A program made the position numbers and the translations under genes. DNA of 64,000 nucleotides from Giardia intestinalis. Taxonomy: Eukaryota. The stretch lies in assembly GCA_000002435.2 (NCBI GenBank), contig CM018789.1, one strand, 5' to 3'. Positions 9,549 through 19,838 of the stretch are shown piece after piece (position 1 is the first letter of the stretch; each line of letters opens with the position of its first letter). The notes beneath the pieces were generated by a model that was given only the letters and a program-made list of their open reading frames with translations, was not told the DNA's origin and did no database searches.

Positions 9549-9970
9549 ATATATTTGATTCGTAATTACATGACTCGTGTATTATGAGAAGGGCACATTA
9601 ATTGGTCAGTTCATAGCAAGGGACTGCACCAGCTTGCTATCACTGTGGTGAATGAACTTCAAAAAATCACTTTGGTTGGACTGTTTAAACTATGTACCAC
9701 ACGTAGACGATAAACTTACGAGAAAGCTATGCTGCTGCGCCACGTGTGGTACCCAGCCTAGTACCCCGGGGGACGGTGCCCGGGTGCGCCCATCGCCGCC
9801 TGGCCACGGACTGCTCCAGCCACTACAGAGCCAGGCAAGCCAGGCATCTGGCCCTGCTGAGAGCGCGCTCGGCTGTCTCTGCAGGCCTCAGTGGAAGGGA
9901 CACGGGTGCCCGCTGCTTGTCGGCATTCCGGTGCCACCCCGGGGAGCTGCCACAAGGATCGTCTTGACGC

Positions 9971-9985
9971 GTTTACTATCTAAGT
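9971..9985 (-). terminator. VSP-type extended polyadenylation signal (ACTTAGATAGTAAAC)
   Basis: Minus-strand sequence 13 nt downstream of the VSP stop matches the conserved Giardia VSP 3' motif ACTYAGRTAGTRAAY, which contains the general poly(A) signal AGTRAAY. Confidence 0.75.
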
Positions 9986-9997
9986 ACACAGCTAAGT

Positions 9998-12900
9998 CTA
10001 CGCCTTCCCGCGGCAGAGGAACCACCAACACAAGAAGCCAACAAGACCACCTACAACGATGACAGCAGCCACTGCGATACCTGCGATGGCGCCTGTAGAA
10101 AGGCCGCTACTCTTGTTTGTGTTGGGAATCACGCACGCGTCGCCCTGGAGCTGGTAGCCATTACCATCGTCGCACTTGCAGGCCTTCGCCGAGCCGGCAG
10201 CCGGGTCTATTACCTCTTCCGGGGCAGTGCAGGCGGCCTTGCAGCTCTTCTTGTTGGCCGCGACGTATTGCGCTTTATCCTTGCATGTAAGACAGGTTTC
10301 CCCGCCGCTCAAGTCGCACGTCTCGCACCCGGCCCCTTCCAGCGTCGGGCACGCGTTGGCCTGTCCCTTGACGCACGCGTCGCCCTGGAGCTGGTAGCCA
10401 TTACCATCGTCGCACTTGCAGGCCTTCGCCGAGCCGGCAGCCGGGTCTATTACCTCTTCCGGGGCAGTGCAGGCGGCCTTGCAGCTCTTCTTGTTGGCCG
10501 CGACGTATTGCGCTTTATCCTTGCATGTAAGACAGGTTTCCCCGCCGCTCAAGTCGCACGTCTCGCACCCGGCCCCTTCCAGCGTCGGGCACGCGTTGGC
10601 CTGTCCCTTGACGCACGCGTCGCCCTGGAGCTGGTAGCCATTACCATCGTCGCACTTGCAGGCCTTCGCCGAGCCGGCAGCCGGGTCTATTACCTCTTCC
10701 GGGGCAGTGCAGGCGGCCTTGCAGCTCTTCTTGTTGGCCGCGACGTATTGCGCTTTATCCTTGCATGTAAGACAGGTTTCCCCGCCGCTCAAGTCGCACG
10801 TCTCGCACCCGGCCCCTTCCAGCGTCGGGCACGCGTTGGCCTGTCCCTTGACGCACGCGTCGCCCTGGAGCTGGTAGCCATTACCATCGTCGCACTTGCA
10901 GGCCTTCGCCGAGCCGGCAGCCGGGTCTATTACCTCTTCCGGGGCAGTGCAGGCGGCCTTGCAGCTCTTCTTGTTGGCCGCGACGTATTGCGCTTTATCC
11001 TTGCATGTAAGACAGGTTTCCCCGCCGCTCAAGTCGCACGTCTCGCACCCGGCCCCTTCCAGCGTCGGGCACGCGTTGGCCTGTCCCTTGACGCACGCGT
11101 CGCCCTGGAGCTGGTAGCCATTACCATCGTCGCACTTGCAGGCCTTCGCCGAGCCGGCAGCCGGGTCTATTACCTCTTCCGGGGCAGTGCAGGCGGCCTT
11201 GCAGCTCTTCTTGTTGGCCGCGACGTATTGCGCTTTATCCTTGCATGTAAGACAGGTTTCCCCGCCGCTCAAGTCGCACGTCTCGCACCCGGCCCCTTCC
11301 AGCGTCGGGCACGCGTTGGCCTGTCCCTTGACGCACGCGTCGCCCTGGAGCTGGTAGCCATTACCATCGTCGCACTTGCAGGCCTTCGCCGAGCCGGCAG
11401 CCGGGTCTATTACCTCTTCCGGGGCAGTGCAGGCGGCCTTGCAGCTCTTCTTGTTGGCCGCGACGTATTGCGCTTTATCCTTGCATGTAAGACAGGTTTC
11501 CCCGCCGCTCAAGTCGCACGTCTCGCACCCGGCCCCTTCCAGCGTCGGGCACGCGTTGGCCTGTCCCTTGACGCACGCGTCGCCCTGGAGCTGGTAGCCA
11601 TTACCATCGTCGCACTTGCAGGCCTTCGCCGAGCCGGCAGCCGGGTCTATTACCTCTTCCGGGGCAGTGCAGGCGGCCTTGCAGCTCTTCTTGTTGGCCG
11701 CGACGTATTGCGCTTTATCCTTGCATGTAAGACAGGTTTCCCCGCCGCTCAAGTCGCACGTCTCGCACCCGGCCCCTTCCAGCGTCGGGCACGCGTTGGC
11801 CTGTCCCTTGACGCACGCGTCGCCCTGGAGCTGGTAGCCATTACCATCGTCGCACTTGCAGGCCTTCGCCGAGCCGGCAGCCGGGTCTATTACCTCTTCC
11901 GGGGCAGTGCAGGCGGCCTTGCAGCTCTTCTTGTTGGCCGCGACGTATTGCGCTTTATCCTTGCATGTAAGACAGGTTTCCCCGCCGCTCAAGTCGCACG
12001 TCTCGCACCCGGCCCCTTCCAGCGTCGGGCACGCGTTGGCCTGTCCCTTGACGCACGCGTCGCCCTGGAGCTGGTAGCCATTACCATCGTCGCACTTGCA
12101 GGCCTTCGCCGAGCCGGCAGCCGGGTCTATTACCTCTTCCGGGGCAGTGCAGGCGGCCTTGCAGCTCTTCTTGTTGGCCGCGACGTATTGCGCTTTATCC
12201 TTGCATGTAAGACAGGTTTCCCCGCCGCTCAAGTCGCACGTCTCGCACCCGGCCCCTTCCAGCGTCGGGCACGCGTTGGCCTGTCCCTTGACGCACGCGT
12301 CGCCCTGGAGCTGGTAGCCATTACCATCGTCGCACTTGCAGGCCTTCGCCGAGCCGGCAGCCGGGTCTATTACCTCTTCCGGGGCAGTGCAGGCGGCCTT
12401 GCAGCTCTTCTTGTTGGCCGCGACGTATTGCGCTTTATCCTTGCATGTAAGACAGGTTTCCCCGCCGCTCAAGTCGCACGTCTCGCACCCGGCCCCTTCC
12501 AGCGTCGGGCACGCGTTGGCCTGTCCCTTGACGCACGCGTCGCCCTGGAGCTGGTAGCCATTACCATCGTCGCACTTGCAGGCCTTCGCCGAGCCGGCAG
12601 CCGGGTCTATTACCTCTTCCGGGGCAGTGCAGGCGGCCTTGCAGCTCTTCTTGTTGGCCGCGACGTATTGCGCTTTATCCTTGCATGTAAGACAGGTTTC
12701 CCCGCCGCTCAAGTCGCACGTCTCGCACCCGGCCCCTTCCAGCGTCGGGCACGCGTTGGCCTGTCCCTTGACGCACGCGTCGCCCTGGAGCTGGTAGCCA
12801 TTACCATCGTCGCACTTGCAGGCCTTCGCCGAGCCGGCAGCCGGGTCTATTACCTCTTCCGGGGCAGTGCAGGCGGCCTTGCAGCTCTTCTTGTTGGCCG

Positions 12901-15847
12901 CGACGTATTGCGCTTTATCCTTGCATGTAAGACAGGTTTCCCCGCCGCTCAAGTCGCACGTCTCGCACCCGGCCCCTTCCAGCGTCGGGCACGCGTTGGC
13001 CTGTCCCTTGACGCACGCGTCGCCCTGGAGCTGGTAGCCATTACCATCGTCGCACTTGCAGGCCTTCGCCGAGCCGGCAGCCGGGTCTATTACCTCTTCC
13101 GGGGCAGTGCAGGCGGCCTTGCAGCTCTTCTTGTTGGCCGCGACGTATTGCGCTTTATCCTTGCATGTAAGACAGGTTTCCCCGCCGCTCAAGTCGCACG
13201 TCTCGCACCCGGCCCCTTCCAGCGTCGGGCACGCGTTGGCCTGTCCCTTGACGCACGCGTCGCCCTGGAGCTGGTAGCCATTACCATCGTCGCACTTGCA
13301 GGCCTTCGCCGAGCCGGCAGCCGGGTCTATTACCTCTTCCGGGGCAGTGCAGGCGGCCTTGCAGCTCTTCTTGTTGGCCGCGACGTATTGCGCTTTATCC
13401 TTGCATGTAAGACAGGTTTCCCCGCCGCTCAAGTCGCACGTCTCGCACCCGGCCCCTTCCAGCGTCGGGCACGCGTTGGCCTGTCCCTTGACGCACGCGT
13501 CGCCCTGGAGCTGGTAGCCATTACCATCGTCGCACTTGCAGGCCTTCGCCGAGCCGGCAGCCGGGTCTATTACCTCTTCCGGGGCAGTGCAGGCGGCCTT
13601 GCAGCTCTTCTTGTTGGCCGCGACGTATTGCGCTTTATCCTTGCATGTAAGACAGGTTTCCCCGCCGCTCAAGTCGCACGTCTCGCACCCGGCCCCTTCC
13701 AGCGTCGGGCACGCGTTGGCCTGTCCCTTGACGCACGCGTCGCCCTGGAGCTGGTAGCCATTACCATCGTCGCACTTGCAGGCCTTCGCCGAGCCGGCAG
13801 CCGGGTCTATTACCTCTTCCGGGGCAGTGCAGGCGGCCTTGCAGCTCTTCTTGTTGGCCGCGACGTATTGCGCTTTATCCTTGCATGTAAGACAGGTTTC
13901 CCCGCCGCTCAAGTCGCACGTCTCGCACCCGGCCCCTTCCAGCGTCGGGCACGCGTTGGCCTGTCCCTTGACGCACGCGTCGCCCTGGAGCTGGTAGCCA
14001 TTACCATCGTCGCACTTGCAGGCCTTCGCCGAGCCGGCAGCCGGGTCTATTACCTCTTCCGGGGCAGTGCAGGCGGCCTTGCAGCTCTTCTTGTTGGCCG
14101 CGACGTATTGCGCTTTATCCTTGCATGTAAGACAGGTTTCCCCGCCGCTCAAGTCGCACGTCTCGCACCCGGCCCCTTCCAGCGTCGGGCACGCGTTGGC
14201 CTGTCCCTTGACGCACGCGTCGCCCTGGAGCTGGTAGCCATTACCATCGTCGCACTTGCAGGCCTTCGCCGAGCCGGCAGCCGGGTCTATTACCTCTTCC
14301 GGGGCAGTGCAGGCGGCCTTGCAGCTCTTCTTGTTGGCCGCGACGTATTGCGCTTTATCCTTGCATGTAAGACAGGTTTCCCCGCCGCTCAAGTCGCACG
14401 TCTCGCACCCGGCCCCTTCCAGCGTCGGGCACGCGTTGGCCTGTCCCTTGACGCACGCGTCGCCCTGGAGCTGGTAGCCATTACCATCGTCGCACTTGCA
14501 GGCCTTCGCCGAGCCGGCAGCCGGGTCTATTACCTCTTCCGGGGCAGTGCAGGCGGCCTTGCAGCTCTTCTTGTTGGCCGCGACGTATTGCGCTTTATCC
14601 TTGCATGTAAGACAGGTTTCCCCGCCGCCGTCCGCCCCCCCCCCCCGGCCCGGCCTGTCCTGACAGGTCGCCACGGTCCTTCCATCGGCACCACCCGCCG
14701 GCCGGCACCTCTTCCCAGGGCCGGCTCCGGGCCGCGACGTATGCGCCGCTGTGCGCCCCCGCTCAGTCCACGCTTGGACGCACGCGTCGCCCTGGAGCTG
14801 GTAGCCATTACCATCGTCGCACTTGCAGGCCTTCGCCGAGCCGGCAGCCGGGTCTATTACCTCTTCCGGGGCAGTGCAGGCGGCCTTGCAGCTCTTCTTG
14901 TTGGCCGCGACGTATTGCGCTTTATCCTTGCATGTAAGACAGGTTTCCCCGCCGCTCAAGTCGCACGTCTCGCACCCGGCCCCTTCCAGCGTCGGGCACG
15001 CGTTGGCCTGTCCCTTGACGCACGCGTCGCCCTGGAGCTGGTAGCCATTACCATCGTCGCACTTGCAGGCCTTCGCCGAGCCGGCAGCCGGGTCTATTAC
15101 CTCTTCCGGGGCAGTGCAGGCGGCCTTGCAGCTCTTCTTGTTGGCCGCGACGTATTGCGCTTTATCCTTGCATGTAAGACAGGTTTCCCCGCCGCTCAAG
15201 TCGCACGTCTCGCACCCGGCCCCTTCCAGCGTCGGGCACGCGTTGGCCTGTCCCTTGACGCACGCGTCGCCCTGGAGCTGGTAGCCATTACCATCGTCGC
15301 ACTTGCAGGCCTTCGCCGAGCCGGCAGCCGGGTCTATTACCTCTTCCGGGGCAGTGCAGGCGGCCTTGCAGCTCTTCTTGTTGGCCGCGACGTATTGCGC
15401 TTTATCCTTGCATGTAAGACAGGTTTCCCCGCCGCTCAAGTCGCACGTCTCGCACCCGGCCCCTTCCAGCGTCGGGCACGCGTTGGCCTGTCCCTTGACG
15501 CACGCGTCGCCCTGGAGCTGGTAGCCATTACCATCGTCGCACTTGCAGGCCTTCGCCGAGCCGGCAGCCGGGTCTATTACCTCTTCCGGGGCAGTGCAGG
15601 CGGCCTTGCAGCTCTTCTTGTTGGCCGCGACGTATTGCGCTTTATCCTTGCATGTAAGACAGGTTTCCCCGCCGCTCAAGTCGCACGTCTCGCACCCGGC
15701 CCCTTCCAGCGTCGGGCACGCGTTGGCCTGTCCCTTGACGCACGCGTCGCCCTGGAGCTGGTAGCCATTACCATCGTCGCACTGCGCGGTCTTCTCGTTG
15801 TGCTTTGCCAGCACTGTTACACAAACTAGGAGAAATCCTACCAACAT
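9998..15847 (-). CDS. vsp: Variant-specific surface protein (VSP) with ~23 tandem 80-aa cysteine-rich repeats, ~1949 aa
   Basis: C-terminus '...[31 protein letters not shown]' (TM helix plus invariant CRGKA tail). Body rich in CXXC (CETC, CLTC). Signal peptide '[14 protein letters not shown]'. The track ORF begins at GTG 15868; first ATG is 7 codons in (15847). VSP poly(A) motif follows the stop. Confidence 0.92.
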   Translation of the reverse strand: MLVGFLLVCVTVLAKHNEKTAQCDDGNGYQLQGDACVKGQANACPTLEGAGCETCDLSGGETCLTCKDKAQYVAANKKSCKAACTAPEEVIDPAAGSAKACKCDDGNGYQLQGDACVKGQANACPTLEGAGCETCDLSGGETCLTCKDKAQYVAANKKSCKAACTAPEEVIDPAAGSAKACKCDDGNGYQLQGDACVKGQANACPTLEGAGCETCDLSGGETCLTCKDKAQYVAANKKSCKAACTAPEEVIDPAAGSAKACKCDDGNGYQLQGDACVKGQANACPTLEGAGCETCDLSGGETCLTCKDKAQYVAANKKSCKAACTAPEEVIDPAAGSAKACKCDDGNGYQLQGDACVQAWTERGRTAAHTSRPGAGPGKRCRPAGGADGRTVATCQDRPGRGGGADGGGETCLTCKDKAQYVAANKKSCKAACTAPEEVIDPAAGSAKACKCDDGNGYQLQGDACVKGQANACPTLEGAGCETCDLSGGETCLTCKDKAQYVAANKKSCKAACTAPEEVIDPAAGSAKACKCDDGNGYQLQGDACVKGQANACPTLEGAGCETCDLSGGETCLTCKDKAQYVAANKKSCKAACTAPEEVIDPAAGSAKACKCDDGNGYQLQGDACVKGQANACPTLEGAGCETCDLSGGETCLTCKDKAQYVAANKKSCKAACTAPEEVIDPAAGSAKACKCDDGNGYQLQGDACVKGQANACPTLEGAGCETCDLSGGETCLTCKDKAQYVAANKKSCKAACTAPEEVIDPAAGSAKACKCDDGNGYQLQGDACVKGQANACPTLEGAGCETCDLSGGETCLTCKDKAQYVAANKKSCKAACTAPEEVIDPAAGSAKACKCDDGNGYQLQGDACVKGQANACPTLEGAGCETCDLSGGETCLTCKDKAQYVAANKKSCKAACTAPEEVIDPAAGSAKACKCDDGNGYQLQGDACVKGQANACPTLEGAGCETCDLSGGETCLTCKDKAQYVAANKKSCKAACTAPEEVIDPAAGSAKACKCDDGNGYQLQGDACVKGQANACPTLEGAGCETCDLSGGETCLTCKDKAQYVAANKKSCKAACTAPEEVIDPAAGSAKACKCDDGNGYQLQGDACVKGQANACPTLEGAGCETCDLSGGETCLTCKDKAQYVAANKKSCKAACTAPEEVIDPAAGSAKACKCDDGNGYQLQGDACVKGQANACPTLEGAGCETCDLSGGETCLTCKDKAQYVAANKKSCKAACTAPEEVIDPAAGSAKACKCDDGNGYQLQGDACVKGQANACPTLEGAGCETCDLSGGETCLTCKDKAQYVAANKKSCKAACTAPEEVIDPAAGSAKACKCDDGNGYQLQGDACVKGQANACPTLEGAGCETCDLSGGETCLTCKDKAQYVAANKKSCKAACTAPEEVIDPAAGSAKACKCDDGNGYQLQGDACVKGQANACPTLEGAGCETCDLSGGETCLTCKDKAQYVAANKKSCKAACTAPEEVIDPAAGSAKACKCDDGNGYQLQGDACVKGQANACPTLEGAGCETCDLSGGETCLTCKDKAQYVAANKKSCKAACTAPEEVIDPAAGSAKACKCDDGNGYQLQGDACVKGQANACPTLEGAGCETCDLSGGETCLTCKDKAQYVAANKKSCKAACTAPEEVIDPAAGSAKACKCDDGNGYQLQGDACVKGQANACPTLEGAGCETCDLSGGETCLTCKDKAQYVAANKKSCKAACTAPEEVIDPAAGSAKACKCDDGNGYQLQGDACVKGQANACPTLEGAGCETCDLSGGETCLTCKDKAQYVAANKKSCKAACTAPEEVIDPAAGSAKACKCDDGNGYQLQGDACVKGQANACPTLEGAGCETCDLSGGETCLTCKDKAQYVAANKKSCKAACTAPEEVIDPAAGSAKACKCDDGNGYQLQGDACVIPNTNKSSGLSTGAIAGIAVAAVIVVGGLVGFLCWWFLCRGKA
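10131..15783. repeat. 240-bp tandem repeat array (~23 units) inside the VSP coding region
   Basis: Identical 73-aa antisense ORFs recur every 240 bp from 10176 to 14256 and 14823 to 15543, so units appear 100% identical. Unit encodes '[80 protein letters not shown]'. Confidence 0.95.
14629..14776. repeat. Aberrant repeat unit: ~148-bp GC-rich segment with a poly-C tract replacing 61 bp of the canonical unit (net +87 bp, in frame)
   Basis: After 'ggtttccccgccgc' the unit diverges into 'cgtccgcccccccccccggcccggcctgtcctgacagg...' and rejoins at 'gacgcacgcgtcgccctggag'. It encodes the G/R/A-rich '[52 protein letters not shown]' and lacks the Cys pattern. Confidence 0.8.
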
Positions 15848-16059
15848 TAGCCGGAGTACACGTGCCACTGCTCTTCTGTCAGACTTGTGTGTTGCCGCGA
15901 GCAGTGAGAGACAGCCGCTCTCGCTCTTCCTGATCAGTTAGACTGGAGAAGGACGAGATGATAGCATGCCCATCGAAGGCCAGCTGATAGTGCGGTTCCC
16001 CCTGGCTTCAATAGAAACAGGACCAGTGAGGGCCAGGCTCAGATCGCACCTCTCTTGTG

Positions 16060-16136
16060 GAATGATCGTTCGGGGTGCACTCTTGTACATTGCTGTCAGT
16101 ATGTTTGTCGGCTTCCTTTGCAGAGGTAAGGTGTAG
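16060..16136 (+). pseudogene. VSP C-terminal relic (TM + 'CRGKV*' tail fragment)
   Basis: Plus-strand frame reads '...VRGALLYIAVSMFVGFLCRGKV*' ending at TAG 16134-16136, followed by 'atttaaatagcaaac', a degenerate VSP poly(A) motif. The open frame upstream (from 15942) has no CXXC content, so only the tail survives. Confidence 0.6.
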
Positions 16137-19100
16137 ATTTAAATAGCAAACGCGTCCCTTGTACAACCTGCTCTCCCCATCAGGCACGGACTCCGAGATC
16201 TCTGTGCATGCGGGACCAAGAAATCCTAAGTGAGCAGCGATGCTCCTCCTGCTCCAGTAGCCCAGCCGCTAGCAGCTCCTCTCCAGGCTCCTTTGCTCCC
16301 TGGCCACAGCCTTCTGTGCTCTCTTGCAGTCCCTAGAGGAGATACCGGGTCCGTGGAAGTGCGGACCAACAGAGGTAAGCCCATGAGACGCTCTCGCCTG
16401 GTGTGTGCATAGCTCTGATCTTGTGTACTAAATGCTACTAAGGCTCCCCATCGCATAACAAGGTGCCAGGTGGGGTTCGGAAGGCAGCCAGCCCTCCCAG
16501 ATCTGGACAGGAGGGAAGCACTGCCCAAAGCGTGCTGCCTCCTGAGTTGATAGGCCGGGACTCCTGTTACCCCAGATCATCATAGTGCTACCGCTGTTCA
16601 CTATGGAGGCACTCTGACCCACAGTGCCTGAGGTTGTTGGTGCAGGCGGCAAAGGGCTCTTCATAGTGGGCTACCATCAGTGGAAGGAACGGGAGCCTGG
16701 GTGTCTTGTCCTTCTGCCAGTGGTTGGCCGGGCTCATGATCAGCACCCTTTGCTGTGGGTACTGGGGTGGCGGAAGTTCCCACTTGCTGACAAGGAGCCG
16801 GGCGATGCTCGCTTGTCATCGTCAACCCGGACTGGGCTGGTCCTGGGCAGATAGACAGTGAGTACGGGGATCCCGTCCCCCGTCGTAAACCACGCCACAC
16901 GGAGAGGGTGTGGTAGCTCGATGCATTTTCCTACGTTACACGACGCAAAGAAGAACGGCCTTTTGATGCGTAGCTCTGGAAGCCTGCAGAGCCCAACCGA
17001 GGGGACTACATCCTGGTGTTGACTTCTGATACGGTTCGGTAGAGGCCAGCTCGATGCTCGCAAGCTTGTGGGAAGCACCAGGGCCGGCACATGCACCTGG
17101 ACAGCAACGCAGGCACACATCTCGGATGCAACTCCGCTGAGGATCTTGCGAGGGGTCGGCTTGGGTCAGTGGTGGAAGGACTTTGCGCAAGCGCTCCATG
17201 CATCAGGGGCCCCTCGAGACCACAAAAGCTCGGCGGCGCTGGCGCACATGTGGACGCGAGACGGTGGGAAAGAGCTGCGTGGTGACTTATAGATGGAAAG
17301 GCTGGGCGCGCATAACAATACGCCCAGGAGAGCTATGCACAGCGCAGTGGCCCGGCTGGCTCCTCTTGTAATACGGAGCATCGGCTGCGGGCATGTGCTC
17401 TTGAAGAGTGGGGGCATCCAGATGAGTAGTGCAGACGTGAGTGAATTGACGGCGCTCAGAGTATGCATCGGGTGGACAAGTAGGGGACAAGAGCTTATGG
17501 CACCACCTGGTCGACGGATGGCTCAAGATGTGTAAGGTACAGCAATCATTCGACCAAAGGTGATGATTGCCCGACAGATGCCAGAGCAGCTGTGTAGATT
17601 GGGCCCTGGTGGTGGTTTGCCACAGGAGGACGCAGGCAGTATGTTTGGATAATAGATACGCTGACTGCCACCGGTTTGCACAATACACCTCTACAATCGA
17701 TCATCTCACCGTGTGTGAGGAGGAGATGAGGCTCCTCGACTTCAGAAAAAGTGGACCTTCAGTAAACTCTGCTCTGCTGCAAATGCATAAAATCAAAAAC
17801 CAGCCTCCAACTCATCTGCAAGTTCTACGGCCTTTCCACGCTTAGGAGCCGAGGAGGCACTACAGGTGTCCCTGCTGTAATCCGGGCTAATGGCTAGTCT
17901 CTGTAGCCCCAGCCCTACCCCGCCAGCCCGCCGGGCACATCTACACTTTCTGTGCGAACCGACTCTCTAGGAACCGTCATGCACAGATAGTCTTCCGAGT
18001 ACTTAGAAGACACCATCCTCTGCTGAGGCGTGTCATCAAGGGCCAAGCACTAAGGCGAGGATGGCCAGAGACAGACCCCTCGCAGTTCTGTTCAACATTA
18101 GCAGCGAGCATGCAAACGAGTGTGCGGTCTTGACGTGCACTGTGATCCAGGTGCCCGGCAGACTGGGCCCATAGCAGCTGGTGCGCAGGCCCCGTCGCTA
18201 GCCTGTGCACAAGCCGTGGTCCACCTCGAAGGACAGCGGAGGATTCTGCGACCCCTTCTGGGTGTACAGCCGTCACTATGGAGCGCGGCGAACAGGCATC
18301 TGCACAGAGGTCGCGGGCTCGCTTAGAGGCGTGTAGACAGCCGACGCCCCGCCTTGTTGCAATGAGAGCTCTGAGATCAGGCAGCCGCTCCACCCATCGG
18401 CCATCATGTGAATATACATGCACCGTCCGAGAAGACCACTACAGTGCCTAGACGACACTATAAGCGTATGCGCCCCCCGCTATAATAAACAAGTGGCAGA
18501 CAGACCAGCAGCGGAAGCAGCAGGGGTATGCCGAGCCGGTGTAGGGCGCATGGTTAGAACCACAGCTCTCTGGGACAATGACAGTACACTGCTCGAACAC
18601 CCCGTTGCATCCGTCCGTGCTATTCGTAGGCTGCAGCGCCTGGCAGGCCCGCAACTAGCACAGCGCGCCCCCAAGCCGCGCACCCAGCATGCAGGGCCAG
18701 GACGGCTGACCCTGTGCGAAGAGGCGCCCTCCCAGGAAGACGACAGTCGCCATCGCTGCCCAAGTTTTTTAGCATTCAAACGCGGGCCCGATGGTCACGC
18801 TGGCTTCCCTGGCTTTTGCACTGCCTGTCGAGCCTGGCTTCTGACCGGCCTGGGATGGCTGACGGGAGCGTGCAGGTCGGCGCCCTGGTTGCCGGGCCCA
18901 GCCTTCCATCCGCACTTGATGCTGAGCGATAACCCGAGCGGCGCAGGTGGTCTTCTTCGCTCTACATGCAGTGAGCTGCCTGGACGGATGCACGACCGGC
19001 CGTCTGCCTCTGCTCTGCTTCTGGCCACCAGGAGGCGCTGGCTCGAGTGCGTGCCACGGGGCGCTGCCCGCGATGACAGGGGCAGCGCATCACTTCTCGG

Positions 19101-19838
19101 GCCTTCCGGTCCATCAGCAGGTGATCCTCAGAGCGCACTTGGAGCCCGGACAGACACACCAGCACGGACCCAGCCACCTTGCGATGCCGCGATCTACCAC
19201 GGACACTGCAGCCTCCGCAATCATCCACTCTGCCTGTCTTTTGCTTAAGAAAAGAGACACTGTATTTAGCAGCCCCCGTGACTTACCGCAACGGGCCAGT
19301 TTCCCAGCATCTTGCCGGATGCCTCCCTTGCACCGCACTGCCCTATTCTTCCCTGCGACAGAAAGAGCTCTGGGGCCCTGGCCCAGACGGAGCCCATTCC
19401 CATAACCTTGCTGCACTCCCCGTCAGGCCCGTCATCACAGAGCACACGCGCACAGGGTCATCCACGCTGCATCACCCTGGGCCTCGTCACCGAGGTAGCC
19501 CCAGCTGGCAGGCCAGACGCCTATGGGCTCACAAGCCCCGCCTCCTGCATGCTCTAGAGACGGCCGGTGCCCTGTCCCGTCGCCTGGCGCGCCGTCGGGT
19601 TCCATCAAGCGCGGCTGAAGAGGCCCGGGCCATAACACTGCCGAAGCCACTGCATTGTCACCAGCAATCAGGTGCACCTCATTTCTCAGGAAATCTTTCT
19701 CTGCCCTAAAAAACGTCTGCTGCCCGATAATTCTGGTAATTACTACGATTGCTTCTGAGACCAAAACGACCTGTGTGTACAGCCGAAGGCATCTAATAGA
19801 GAAAGAATCCCCTAATAAATTAAATTTACCCTGAATTT
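16137..19838. other. ~3.7 kb GC-rich region without credible coding potential (gene desert / degenerate sequence)
   Basis: Only short overlapping ORFs (60-276 aa) in all six frames, with R/A/P/G-rich low-complexity translations. Base composition is visibly GC-richer than flanking genes. No start context or domain is recognisable. Confidence 0.6.

Noticed and set aside
9652-10062. 136-aa plus-strand ORF between cathepsin B and the VSP
   Set aside because: GC-rich low-complexity translation (P/R/G/A), overlaps the VSP 3' end and poly(A) signal, and has no start context. Treated as non-coding.
10131-15783. Regular repeat array considered as a possible CRISPR array or satellite
   Set aside because: Units are 240 bp, identical, have no unique spacers, and encode the in-frame Cys-rich body of a eukaryotic VSP. 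This is a coding tandem repeat, not a CRISPR array or satellite.
10268-15829. 1853-aa plus-strand ORF and the series of identical 73-aa plus-strand ORFs (10176, 10416, ... 15543) antisense to the VSP
   Set aside because: These are artefacts of the 240-bp periodicity (240 is a multiple of 3, so a stop-free antisense frame propagates through every unit). Translations are low-complexity A/R/G/L-rich, start with TTG in several cases, and the sense strand carries an unambiguous VSP.
15848-15868. Upstream GTG-initiated extension 'MARVLRL' of the VSP
   Set aside because: GTG is not used as an initiator in Giardia mRNAs as far as is known. The ATG at 15847 yields a canonical VSP signal peptide '[14 protein letters not shown]'.
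16226-19764. Numerous 60-276-aa ORFs in the GC-rich desert (e.g. 18418..19248, 19179..19709)
   Set aside because: Mutually overlapping in all six frames, low-complexity R/A/P-rich translations typical of random GC-rich DNA, and no consistent strand or start context.
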